DNA of 64,000 nt from Balanoglossus misakiensis (Eukaryota; Animalia; Hemichordata). A model generated the notes under the pieces. The model did no database searches. It had not been told where the DNA came from and saw only the letters and a list, made by a program, of their open reading frames with translations. The DNA lies in contig CM082595.2 in NCBI GenBank assembly GCA_040954595.2, positions 1,800,635 through 1,864,634 of the forward strand, read 5' to 3'. A program made the translations under genes and the position numbers. Shown in pieces: positions 45,884-58,800 of this stretch. Within the stretch, counting starts at the first letter, position 1. Every line of letters begins with the position of its first letter.

Positions 45884-48800
45884 TCAGAGCGCTTTCACCA
45901 ATTCTGATAACATATGCGAGTAATTCTGTTCCACACTCAAAGACGGCAAAGTGATGCTTTTATCGCCTTCTCTGACCGACACCATAGAGAGTTGATGTGT
46001 GGCCACGGAACCATGTTTACAGTTTTCAAGAGATAACATTGGCAATAGTCCTTCTGCAATGTTGTCCACCATGTAAGGATCATCTCCTTGAATCGGTCCC
46101 TTGCTCTCGGTTACGTGTACTCTCTTTGGTCTGTTGACAATAAAAGCAACTTCGTGTTAATGGCAGTGTTATTCAATTTTATTTCAAGTAGTATTCGCTC
46201 AAAGATAGAACTGTTGATGTCAAATGATGGAGCAGACACTCATTCAACTTGATACTCTATCAATCATTCTTGAAAGATTTCTGGACAAAAGTTCTTGGCT
46301 CAGTATTCTGGTTGTCTTACCTTCCCCTCTTTATAATTTTCTTCTTGTCGCTTTCAATTCCATCAAATAAAGTCACTAACAAGTCTGTTTCTGCTGATGA
46401 AGCTGTAATGATCCTCGGAGGAGGTCTTGGTTGGATGTGTGGACGTTTCACTGGCTTGCTGTCCTTTTCTTTATTCTCTTTCTCTTTCTCTCTTTCCTTT
46501 TCCTTCTCTTTTTCTTTCTCTTTTTCCTTCTCTTTCTCTTTTTCTTTTTCTTTCTCTCGTTCTTTCTCTCGTTCTCTTTCTTTCTCGTCTTTCTCGTCCT
46601 CCTTTCTGTCTTCAGGTGGGGTTACTGGTCTGACATCTAAACAGGAAAAAAACAAATGATGTAATTTGTGCTTTGAACTAAAACTTTCAACCATTCTGAG
46701 GAACTCTAATATTCCAGTTCCAAACCTAACATCAACCAGTCTGCAGAATTTTGACCATCTCGTGTGTCAGTATACATGTACACGACGAATGCTGGATTGC
46801 AAACTTCATCAAACTTGTCTGCAGGATTCAGTGCTGATACACCATATCTTGTACGACTTCATATGATGATATCTTACCTAAGACATCTTCTCCTGCATCT
46901 TGTTTGTATAACGGTGGTAGTACTGGATACAAAGTAGCTGGTGATGCTGTATTGATAGCGTTCGGTTGCTGCCAGAAAGACTGTGGTAATGCTCGTAATT
47001 TCATCGGCAGAGGGTCTGTAATAATAAACAGCATTATCATCAATAAGTATACCCAAAATTTCATTGGCATGTCTGTGATAAGCATTCATCTATGCAAGTT
47101 TTAATCATCACAGTTTTGTCATTTCAAGTTTTCATAAATTGCATCCAATTGAGTTTTTTGTCAAACCACAGACACCAAAATAAATTAACCTGGTAAATGC
47201 ATATATACACCCTGCTGTTGCCAAGCCAGGTTATTGAACAACTAGACTGATTTATACCAGATACATTTTACAATCCATTTCCATGACAACAAATACACAT
47301 GCAATGTCTGCCAGCTTTTACCATGGCAACCCAAGGCACACATTAAAGCCATTTGTTAAGTAAAACCAATCATTTTTACAGACTGTGACAATAAAAGATA
47401 CCATTTTATCAAAATGTATGATTTTATCAGAACATGTGGATGTACGACTGATGTGCAAATACTTTTAAATGAAAATAGAGTGTGTAATATCTGATACAAG
47501 TGTTGTTTGGTCTTTGAAAGCCATGTGAATCTAGTAGATAGCTGCTATCAAGAATGTTTGAAGAAGTACATGTATAATCTATCTATCCTCACAATCTAAC
47601 AACCTTTCTTTACATCTCAACATCTATTCATGATCAGCATAAATTGGTCACACTGTCCTTGAAAGGTGAAAAATGCATCACTCGTATTACCATGGCAACA
47701 CAGGTCACCTTGGAGACAGTACACTAGCATCAATTTACCTAGAAATTGATGAATCTTAAGGAGACAGAGAGTCTATCAGCGAGTCTATCACCTAAAAACA
47801 GAAATAAATGTCAAAGACATCGTCCTAAATATCTCGGTATGAGCTAATATTATATCAATGTCCCATCTCAGCTTTTTCGCTTCAACATCACACAAATAAG
47901 TGAATATCTACCCTGGAGACTGGGAATTATATTATTTTGTAAATCCAGGAAACCAGGTGATTTATTTCCAGGTAACATGGAATTATTGAAACCCGTGGGT
48001 GTGAAATGCGTACTGTGTGATGGTGAAGTGATACTAAAATAGAGAGAAAGAAGGCTTATGTTTTTACCCTCTAGCTGTTAAACCTCTATTATTCAGATCA
48101 AGAAAGGCCCTTTAAAAGACTCTGACTCGATTGTTGTTCAGCTGAAAGACTTTTAAATCTCTAACATGTCAGAGCTGATCAAAAGTTCCATCGATCTGCA
48201 CTCCCCTCTGCAGGATCAGTACACGGGAAACCCCATTACTAGAATTTCTTTGTCATCAACAATTAAACTTTAAAGCCAACAGCTCAGTGATTTTAATGTG
48301 TTGCTTTCTGTGTCTGGAGAAGTATCTTTGGGAAAGGAAAGAATGTGATAAAACACAACATATTTATATGATTCATAAAAATCATACTCTCAATTCAACT
48401 TATCAAGGCGTGATAATTTCATGAAGTGATTAAGCAAATTGATCTATACCTGTGTGGCTCAGCACTAATATATTTGTTAAGCACTTGATCGAACATGGTT
48501 CAAAGCAAATAATCATGCAAGAGATTCACTCAATTTGCTCAATCAATTAAATGTCTGTGCTTGAGCACCTAAGGATTTAATGTCTGTGTTTTCCATTACG
48601 ATTCTATTCAAATAATAATGACTAAAACGCCTACAGTTCAGATGAAAGAGACTTTTATAGCTCGTCTTTAAAATGGAAAAGAAAAATCTCAAAAAAAATT
48701 AGGTGTATTCATCCAGATTATGTTATATTTCTGTTACTAAATGTAAGACTTCTGTATTTCAAATTCTGGATCCGATATAGAGATTTGTCTGATCATGGAC

Positions 48801-51800
48801 ACTGGAAACTTATAAAAAAAAACTGACACATAAGCCCCAGCTTTGCAAGCTAGAAATTCCAACTCCCTTTTCAAACACGTTTCGCAACGTCACATGTTTG
48901 CCTGGTATAGCATTGTGCAACCTGAGATATTCAAATTTCACATTATTGATTCTCTAACTAAAGTCTTAGTAACAGTAGCAGCTACCCATTATGGTTGATT
49001 GTCAAGAAGTGTGTTCTGTTCACCATACTGTGTCTAATATTTCAGAAACATGTGTCGTTTCTAACATTCGTCATAAACTACGCAAACATCATTTTATCTT
49101 TGCCAGCAGTACCAGAGTCTGTCAGTGGTAGAGTACCTGACCAAAGATCGACAATAGACAGTCGATAATTACTAATTGTTCAAATTATTATCTTCTTCCT
49201 TTCTTTGTTTACGAGCTCAACTATCGATATATCATTGTGGACATCGATTTTGTCTGCAGAAATACTAAAGTTTTGTCACGATTGGCTGATTACATATCAT
49301 GTTGGATCATGAATAAAGTTTACTGGATCCTGACAGACTTCCTGGTTACCATGTGCTGTGTATTGTTGATACACACATAGCAACAGTGGACACACTGGGA
49401 AAACGTGCAAACTCCGGAAGTTTATGTAATACATGCTGTGTTGAATTTGAGGTGTTGTACATCTTAACAGTAAATTTGCCGTATGTATTATAAACTGCAA
49501 TGTTCATTTGCAAACTTGTTGTCATTGTATCATTACTTGTATGTCACCTAGTACATCTGGGGTCTTTTGCATAAAATGTATGTGCATGACATATGTCTGT
49601 ATAATTCTATGATGTCTGCATGAGGAAGGAAAATCATAATTCTGATCAAACGCCAGTGTCTTAAGGCCCTGGAGTTTGGTTAAACATTTACCACAGAATG
49701 ATGATTTGACTGTGTTTAGTATAAAACGCACACATATATTGAGCACAGAGTGCATGTATTGTAGGTAAACCTGGTGACGTGACATCACCACTGTTTTTTT
49801 CTGTTGACAACAATAAACACGGAAAAGTCATTAATTTAAATAACACAGTCAGGTCACAGGTACAGTGATATCATTGTGAGACTCCTGTCAGTGTCCTAAT
49901 TTATGTTTACTGACTGTGATTATCTCTGGTGAGATCACAACCTTAAAATACTTCAGTCTAGAAAATTCTGTTTTGATTTGAACTGATCAAGATTTGATAG
50001 ACTGATTTATAGTTTATTGTCCATAGATATCTGAATGGTATATTAATGTTTTGATTTAAAGTAACACAGTTGTCCATGCAGTTAAAACAAAATGTGATGT
50101 TTCAGTTTGTATTAAACAAGGTAATAAAATCTAACAAACGTACGTGTAAATTTCCAAACTGATTCATGTCATGATTATGGGATATACCAAGGCAGTGCTT
50201 GTATTATCAAATTCCACCAGGACAAAAATATTTTAACACTGAATCATGCTCAGATGCCATATCCTCTTGGAGACCGAGCCATTTCCCAATTATCCGTAGA
50301 AATTACAGAAAGTTCGTGGGACGGTGTAACAACACAGGTGGAATTTTGTTAAGCCACTCTACGATGGCATGAATTGTGCGACTAAGCTTATAAAGTTACA
50401 CATAATACCACAGCATTATAACAGACACTGAGGTTGAATTCAGATGAAAATATATAAATAACTTATTAATAGAATAACTCAAATTTGACTGCTTCGAGAA
50501 TCAGCATTTATGCCAGACTGAGTTGAAAACCTCTTGTAAGAGTCACTTTTTTCTTATCATCTAAAATAAAGGTTAGTCTCTCTCTTTCAATAGAATGCAG
50601 GGTCAACAAGAAATACAAAAGAATTCAGACAATCGATGATTTTATGATTTGATTTCACACGTCTACTAAGAGACGAGGTGAAAGGTTATCACTGTTAACC
50701 AGGTCAAGAAAAGCTACCTAGTAATTCTCGAGTCAATTATTTAGATGATGTCACTGATAATCAAAATATGGGATGTTTTATATCTATCTGTAATAATTTC
50801 AATAATTTAGTTTTTCTTTAATAATACAACCATTAAAATAATTCTCAAAAGAGGTTATTATTGAATTATTGATTTTTTATAAAGGTAGGCATAAAAATAG
50901 AAAACATAAATTTGCTGTTTTGTCCCAAATCTTATAGTATTCTGGTCAGATATAATTTGAGGATTTTATTGGCATAGTTATAGTTTTCTTTCTGCAGTCA
51001 TTATAATTGTACTGTTGGCAAATTCATGTCTATCTGACCATTAAGACTTTCACCCTCCATTGCATACACAGCCAAGCCTGCTTCCAGCAATATAATGATG
51101 ATCAGAACTCAATATCAGTTGCTATGACAACTAGTGACAACAAAGCAGTATGGCAGTGTTTGCACTGTTTTTCTCATTTGTCTAGGGGGTCTAATACATC
51201 ATTAGTACTCCCTAGACACATCTTCCAAATCCCATTGGGTGTTTCTCGCAAACTGAGTTATTAATAGCTATGACTATCAAGGCTTGAAAAGAAAATACTA
51301 AACATTTATACACTGACGTTTTTCATGATTTATACTCCATTTTACAAGAGAGCATAAACCAAGAAATATTTCCAGTATTATGACATTTTCTGCCTCTATG
51401 ATTTATGACCAACATCTAATTGAGTCGACAAATCTATGAAGTTTTAACATATTAGTATTTCAAAACTGTTACTCAAGACTACCATGCACGAGAAATATGA
51501 GCAAAGAGAAAGCTTAGCAAAGTTTCTCAAATGCCATTTTGCTCTGCTAAATTCTCTCATTTGAAGCAGCCTTAAGAGACACAGACCTGCAAGGCTTGTA
51601 CTTATACACTCACAAACATGATACAGTGTTCTTTATTGAGCATCCATGAACACTAATGCCGGACCTTGCGAAGGTTAAGCCAGAACACAATGAACTCACA
51701 GGTCAATACACACTCTAATCACAACAGCTGTTCTTTACACTAGAATGCTTATGGAACACAAAAACATATATCAATGCAAGAACAGATAAAACATTGCCTA

Positions 51801-53224
51801 ACAATCAAGAAAAACTAGATTTCTGAACCAAGCCCCCTTTAGTATCGATTGTATTCACTTGCACGATTTCTTGATTTTGTAGGTAGCAGGTGTTTTTTCA
51901 GACTTTGACATTTAAATCCTAAATTATTCCCTATCCAAGTCAAACGATTCATATATGTCATGTTTTCAGAACATAAAACTGTTGAAACTCACTCTGCACA
52001 CAATAATCGAAATGGAGCCGGGATAACATTAATTCATGTTGCCATGACAACAGAACATAGCTTCCGGATTAACAGGTGACACCCACCGACACATTGATCA
52101 AAAACACAGTTGGTTTTAGTAGATATTTCTGACATTGATATCCTTAGACACCCAACCTTGGAATTGACAAAAACTCTTCCGTCAATAGCAGGCACCAGTT
52201 TATTTAAATTTTTTCTAGTCTAGTTTTGGTAATTTAAGGGGACATCCACCTTTATCTGCCACATAACCCCTGTCCTACTTTATATTATTTGTTTTAAGGA
52301 TTAACATATATTCTAACGGAATTAATTCCAGTCAAACAATTGACTTTTCACTTAATTTTACTGTACTACACCCATTTATGTTAGCTAAAATCAGCCCTTA
52401 TTTATTTTCACATCCTTGTATTATACCAATTATATGTATAAGGAGTTATGTATATATCCAATTACACACATGTCAGTTTCCATGGAAATGATGTATTTAC
52501 TGAATATTCTGGTATTGTATCATTACATCATTTCCATGTTTTCTGAAGTTTATTATTTTGTAAATTAATCTTAGGGGAAACTACCGGGTCACATATTTGC
52601 CCAGGGTCATTAAACATACTGGTCATATCCGGGTCTGAAATTCACAATCTTCAAATGGTTTCTGGACTGCAAAATGTCTATTTCACAATCAACAATGTAT
52701 TACATAATGTTTGCAACACACACATGTAATACATTGTTATAAACACCTTGCAATCATGAAATCAGTTAAAAATCTTTGCAAACCTAGTACAGGATATAAC
52801 TTGAACTACTAGTATTTAAATGTTTTCTTGCAACTTCTTTTTCTTTCCTCAGATTCACTTATTTGTCACCCCTACCCCAGATGAATAATGAATAATCCTT
52901 GCCACTTGCTAACTTACCTTTCTTAGGTTTCGGTTTTGGCAGACCGCCTAAAAGTATAATATGGCCTTTCTTTTTGCTCGAAATGAACGAGTCTGTTGTA
53001 AAAGACTGTTTCTTTTTCTTGTGTTTAGACGGTTTAGTCCTGTGAATAGTAAATGTATGTCCGTGATGTTCGAAACCGGCGGTTCTCACATACGTTGGTC
53101 CACTGGAGGTACTACTGCATGGTGATGTTGGACTTGCATCCGGGCTGACTTCATCATGGTCAGAATTTTCCTCATCAGAACTTCCGCTCAAGGCGAGCGC
53201 TGGTCCTCGTTTCCCACCACTCAT
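45884..53224 (-). CDS. Uncharacterised 335-aa nuclear-type protein with YAP/FAM181-like Omega-loop motif, EK repeat and AT-hook
   Basis: Exons 53224-52918, 47015-46878, 46636-46321, 46130-45884 have GT-AG boundaries with matching phases (1,1,2), total 1008 nt ending in TGA. Contains KHKKKK basic patch, DPLPMKLRALPQSFWQQPN, RPVTPP, (EK)n, ETDLLVTLF, KRGRPKR. Confidence 0.85.
46465..46607 (-). repeat. Coding purine-rich microsatellite encoding an alternating Glu/Lys(Arg) tract
   Basis: (TCTTTT/TCTTTC)n on + strand; translates on - strand to KEDEKDEKEREREKEREKEKEK...KENKEK. Confidence 0.9.
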
Positions 53225-55868
53225 GGTGTGAATTATTTAGAAAAGGGGCAATATGTCTTCAATATACCCCAAAGTCGTTTGAAGGATACTTGCAAGTTCA
53301 ATTTTGGCGCGTTGTATCGCCTCTCAACGAATTTTACCGGCTACTGTAATATACACGACCTGAAATATACACATCTATATGGAAGTGATCACATAGATCA
53401 GTTTATCAGGTGGTACGCCGTTGGACAGCTTCCAATACCAGGGCTTTAGGATCCAATAGTAGTTTACCGCTGTCGTTTTTACATACCGGAGACACGTTGA
53501 CACTTTAGCGGGAACCCACACTCTGTCAATCGGTTGTCGTGTGTCCAGGAGCCAGACACGATAAGTGCTAACTCATCGGCTCGATGCCACCAGCGCCTCG
53601 AAACGAAGTTTTAACGGTGTTGAACCAGTCCAAACGGCTATCATAAGCCCATACACAATAGCTAGAACGCCATGATCACTGTACTTGCCAGAACCCCTTT
53701 AAATTCAACGTTTCTTGTCATAAATGGCGACGATACAGAGTTGTTTTGATATGGTTGCTCCATCAACACTTTCCTGTAACTAAGTTCATGGGCTAATCAG
53801 GTGACCTCGATACTGTAGCCTGATTGGATAATGGTGATGTCATCGATCGACATGAAATGGACGGCGCTAAAGCTCCTACTACCAGATTACGCGTAAACGT
53901 GTTCAAAATTGTCTATTTTCTCCAGGACACTGCGGTTTTGGTGAATATTACTGTAACTAAACGTATCTTGGCATACATCCGTAACAGTATGTTGCATTTT
54001 GTACGTAAATTTCGACTCAGAAGTAGCTGACTTTTAAAAGTTAAAGTTTCACAGGCGGGGATTTCATTGAACAAGTACTGTCATGTTTTGGGTCGAGTTT
54101 GTTTTGTAAAGTTCAAATAATGGCAATATATGTACACACAAAATGACAAAGTTTAAAAAAAAAATAACTTTTTCCGCAGTAGAAACTCTTGCGATGAAAC
54201 TGATTATATAATTTTTATGTTGGCAGTAAAATTTATTAAACTTTTAATAGGCGCGTAAAGGGCGCGCAGTCGATAAGTTCCCGGTGAAATTTGACCACAC
54301 ACCATGGGCGGGTCTCCCCGCCGGGTCTCTTAAGAAATTTAATTGTCTTTGTTCTCCTATTGTCCTAATTCTCTTTGTTCGCTCTATTGTCGCCGTCCTT
54401 GTTGTCGATTCGGCTCAAGTTGGTCTTTCATACGTTATCATTAAATGATCCTTAAAGAAAAACTCACAATTCATGTACTTGTCGAAACATGTCAGCCATG
54501 TACATTGCGCGATTTTCGATTCACCATGTTCAACTCCAAGGGCATTTTGTTCGAAGTGTGATTCTGCCCTTGCAAGTTTTCCAAGTGTCGATCTAGGTCC
54601 TTCTTTGTTAGGTGTATATAACAACTGTACGTAGTTCTAAAACCCCAACAGCGATGGATTTCTCTTCGCTTGTTTCTTTTCAACCCAAAGTTCATTACAT
54701 GTACAACAGAATAAATTATTACGTTCCAATAAATCTCCCCAGCTGGACAACGGGTAAATGTTAGTGTTGTCAAGTACACGGATGGAGTGTCCGACACTGG
54801 TTTGAGGTCAGAGGTGATCGAAAAGACAGTACGGTCGCGGATGTGACAAGCGTAGACATAGCAAGACCGCACATGCATGAAATATGGGTTGCCATGGTGA
54901 CCATTTCCATGCTTCGGTTGCAGGGCGGAACCTTGACTCAAAAGCACACTGCGACAAAAATGATATAGGAAGTGTGTTCAAAGTAACTGGGACTTGCTAG
55001 AAAATCGATTTCTGATCTCATAAATTGCGATGTATAAGTATTCGGGGTTTTTGTTGCGATAAAAGCACAAAAAATGATCCACCAGTCGATCCAAAGATTT
55101 CCAAAATGGCGGCACGAGCGCATTCATTGTTTGGAGACACGAACTTTTCTACCCTTTTTCGTGCTTTCTTTGTGCTCACTCGGGGTTGTCATTTATATTT
55201 TTCGGATATTAAGATGTCATGCGAATCGGCAATAAACTCTAATTCTTCCAAAACTTATAAATTTCAAAGCATATTACGTACAAATTTTAGTACATTTTAG
55301 ATATGACGCAACACTAAAAGAATACCTTGCAGCCCATCATTGACCAAGAAATATGTGAATAAAAATATGTTGTCTTGGACCACATAAACTAGCTTCAGAG
55401 TGATCATGTACAAAATCAGCTTCCACCCTTACCATCAGAGTATATTATTCCATCACATTGAAATGAACCAAACAGAAACAAAATTATAGTATATGTAAAG
55501 TTTACTTCGATTAATTATTTATTGTTCAAAAAACCACCCATAAGATCAATATTACTACTTGTGCCATGTACTCAACCACTCAAAGTGGTGTCTCATTTTG
55601 TATGAAAAGAACCACACCACGCAACTTACTGATGACACTGGTTTGAATGAAAAGCACCATATGGACCCCAGTGGCACCCACGAAAAAAAAAAAATTTCTT
55701 CTGCCAACTAAGGCATGATTTTCTGGAGAGCAGCATCCCTACTCCTGAGTAATTTCCATGTGACGTCATCAATCAAAACTTTTGGCAAACAATTTCATCA
55801 ATCCACACAAACTACTGGGTCTGTAGTATCTACCACAAATCTCTCATTTCTCATCTAATCACAAAACA

Positions 55869-58800
55869 CTACTGTTTATGTTCGCGCTTTTCCTGTTGTT
55901 TCTTCTTCATCCATTGTTGAATTTTTATCTTCAATTCTGGCACTGAAAGAAAACAGAAACATGTCAAGAAACTGGTCACGTAGTTCCTTCTCATAAGTCC
56001 AATGCCAGGTTCACACTGGGTATAACTAGAAAGTTTCAGAGACACTGTTTGCCTATGGTAAACATACAGGATTAATCCTTTGAGTCGTTTTGTGTCTACA
56101 CACACAAAGTTTAAGCATAGATCCTGACACTCAACCCCGTAGACAATGGCTCAGGTCTGGCCAGCAAAGCTCACACACGCACACACACGCACACACACAT
56201 GCACAAACACACCAACACATACACATACAGACAGACACTGCCCTGTCCGATGACTTACAAGAAATTAACTCCTCTGAAGTCAATGACTGTCTGTTGAATG
56301 GATCCGTTGATGAATTCAATAAATGCCTTTCAATGATTGGTCGATCCATGACAGCTCCAGATGGTAATAAGACAGGATCTGTCATGAGTGTATCCATCAA
56401 TGGATCTGTCAAGAATTGGGAAGAAACGGTTAGTAAACGGAAAAGCCATAACATTCCCAATGACATTGAAACGGCAACTGGGAAGCAATACAGTAAGGAT
56501 CCTCTGAAACGTGTCAACCCTTATACCAATTAATCTTAAATATTTTGTACAACGTACCTTTAAATTCATCAGGAGCATCTTCAAAGTCGATGTCTCTCTT
56601 CATGTTGCTAATCACGATCTCTTCCACTAAGTTTGCCAAGTCACGGAATTTCTTGATCTCAGATTCTGCTTTGATGACAGCTCTAGTCATCACACTTACT
56701 GCATCGTCAAACACCTCTTTACGATATGAACGCTGTCCAAAGGAAGAGTAGAGAAAACACTGTGAATTGCAACATCAATATTACGACGAGTTCTTCATGT
56801 AGAGCAGCTCGATGTAGATTTGGTAGTGACATTCAATACTGATCTACTACATCAGCTGTCATGGGCTCTGTTGTTAGGACAGCATACTTATAGCATTGAC
56901 TGTATACAATTTTTGTAACCAGAGTCTCTGGTTTGGCACATAATCATAAGATGATTATCGCCCTTTAAAATTTGATTGGCTTACCTCATCAGCTGCGATG
57001 GCTTCTGCGAACTTTCGACAGTCAAGATGAAGATAAATATCCGTCAGTTGATTCAACAACTTTTTCGGTTCAAATCCATATTTCTCTTTGTTCTCCACCT
57101 TCAGGTCATTGCACTTTTTCCCACACAACTGTTGAAGGTTAAAGTTCAACATGGCAGCCAGACGACTTGCAAGTTCCTGAATGAAATCATGCAATAATAA
57201 AAGAGGGGCATCAATACTAGCAAAATTCAAGGCAACAGTAGTGTACTGTTGAGAGATTTTATGGTCATCAACATTTTATGGTAGCGTTGTGACCAAATCA
57301 TAATTTCATTTTTTTCAGGACTTTCAAGAACTTCCCACGAGTAGTTTCAAACTCTAAGACTCTCTCACGTACCGGTCTTAAAAAGGGTTCCTGAATAGTT
57401 CTTGTAAGATAATGAAACATATCTAAAGTTTCACCAGCCAGGGTCAGATAAGATCTGACCTGTCTTTCATCTGTTGATAACTGTTGTCTCTTCTCTTGCT
57501 GTTCATCCTGCAAAAAAGTTACAATTTATATTGTACTGTAATCCCTCTACTTAATGAATGAACACGTGAACCTCCACATAATTCTCGCTACCTTCAATAA
57601 GTTTTTGCTACCTAGGTGAGTGATGGAAATCTCATACGCAATTTCAAGATGGCCGACACAATTTCAAGATGGCCGACTTCAAGATGGCCGACACAATTTC
57701 AAGATGGCCGATGTTTAAAAGTGAAAGTTCACAAGCTATAACATACCTGTGACATGCGTTTCCATTCATCTTTCTTCATGATTTCCTGCACTTCGTGAAT
57801 TCTCTTGAGACAGTCCAGACTTTCATCCAAGAGGAAGGTTGTATCATTCATCAGCATGTTGACAAATCGTACAAAGTCTTTTCCTGAACTGTGCAATAGT
57901 ACAGACAAAGTGAACATTAATTAGAGAGGTTAAAAATTGCAAGCAAGGGTATTTAGTTGTGGATATACCAAGATTTTTCTCAGGTGAAAATCAGTATATT
58001 TGCCAGGAAACAATTTGGTTGCATACATTTAAATTGAACATTGCAGACCTACACCCTTACTGCTAAAACTTGCCACTTACTTGCTTTCTGATACAATTGC
58101 CTGTTTGTGAAGAGGCATATTCCATAGAGACTTAAATATGACGCTGATATGATAGCGAATACTGAATTTATCATAGAATTCATTGCTGCTGCCAGTAGAT
58201 TCAACATCTGTATAGAATCTCATCAACGCAGGCGCCAAATGAATCGCTCCTAATGGTTGGTTGATGATCATCTCATGGACGTGTCGAGTTCTGTCTTGAA
58301 TCGCCGGGTTCACCACAAACAGAAGCTGTTATGCAAATAAAACAAAGATACAGTTAAAAACCTGTGTTAGTAGCCACCTCTATATACTCACTGTCAGAAA
58401 CATACTGTGTCTTGCAAAACATTCATGGGCCAATTTCAAACTGACCAGTAAACATCAATCATACCAACATAAATTGGTTTGAATGTACTCTTTTGTGCTC
58501 AAAACGTTGGCTGGACTGCTAAACAGGGAAATGGCCTGGGGGTGAAAGTCTAAAAAGTAGGAGAACTTACCTCAACAAACTTTGCCACAAGGTACGGGTT
58601 ACTCAAATAATTTGGTGAACATACTATCAAAACTATAAACAAAACGATGTCTGGAAGATAAGTGTCTTCAAGGACGTGTGGCATGTGACTGAAACAAAAC
58701 AGACGAGTCGAATTATTTACAGGGTCATTTCTTTTTCCACACTACCCCAATACAAAATCCAGAGGAACATACTGCCTTAATACAAAACCAGATCAAGTGT

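Noticed and set aside
46249-46659. Plus-strand F/S/L-rich ORFs resembling membrane proteins
   Set aside because: Antisense shadows of the EK-coding microsatellite.
45884-53224. Calling the uncharacterised gene YAP/yorkie or FAM181
   Set aside because: No WW domains, motif order is reversed and no other family similarity was recognised; gene symbol withheld.
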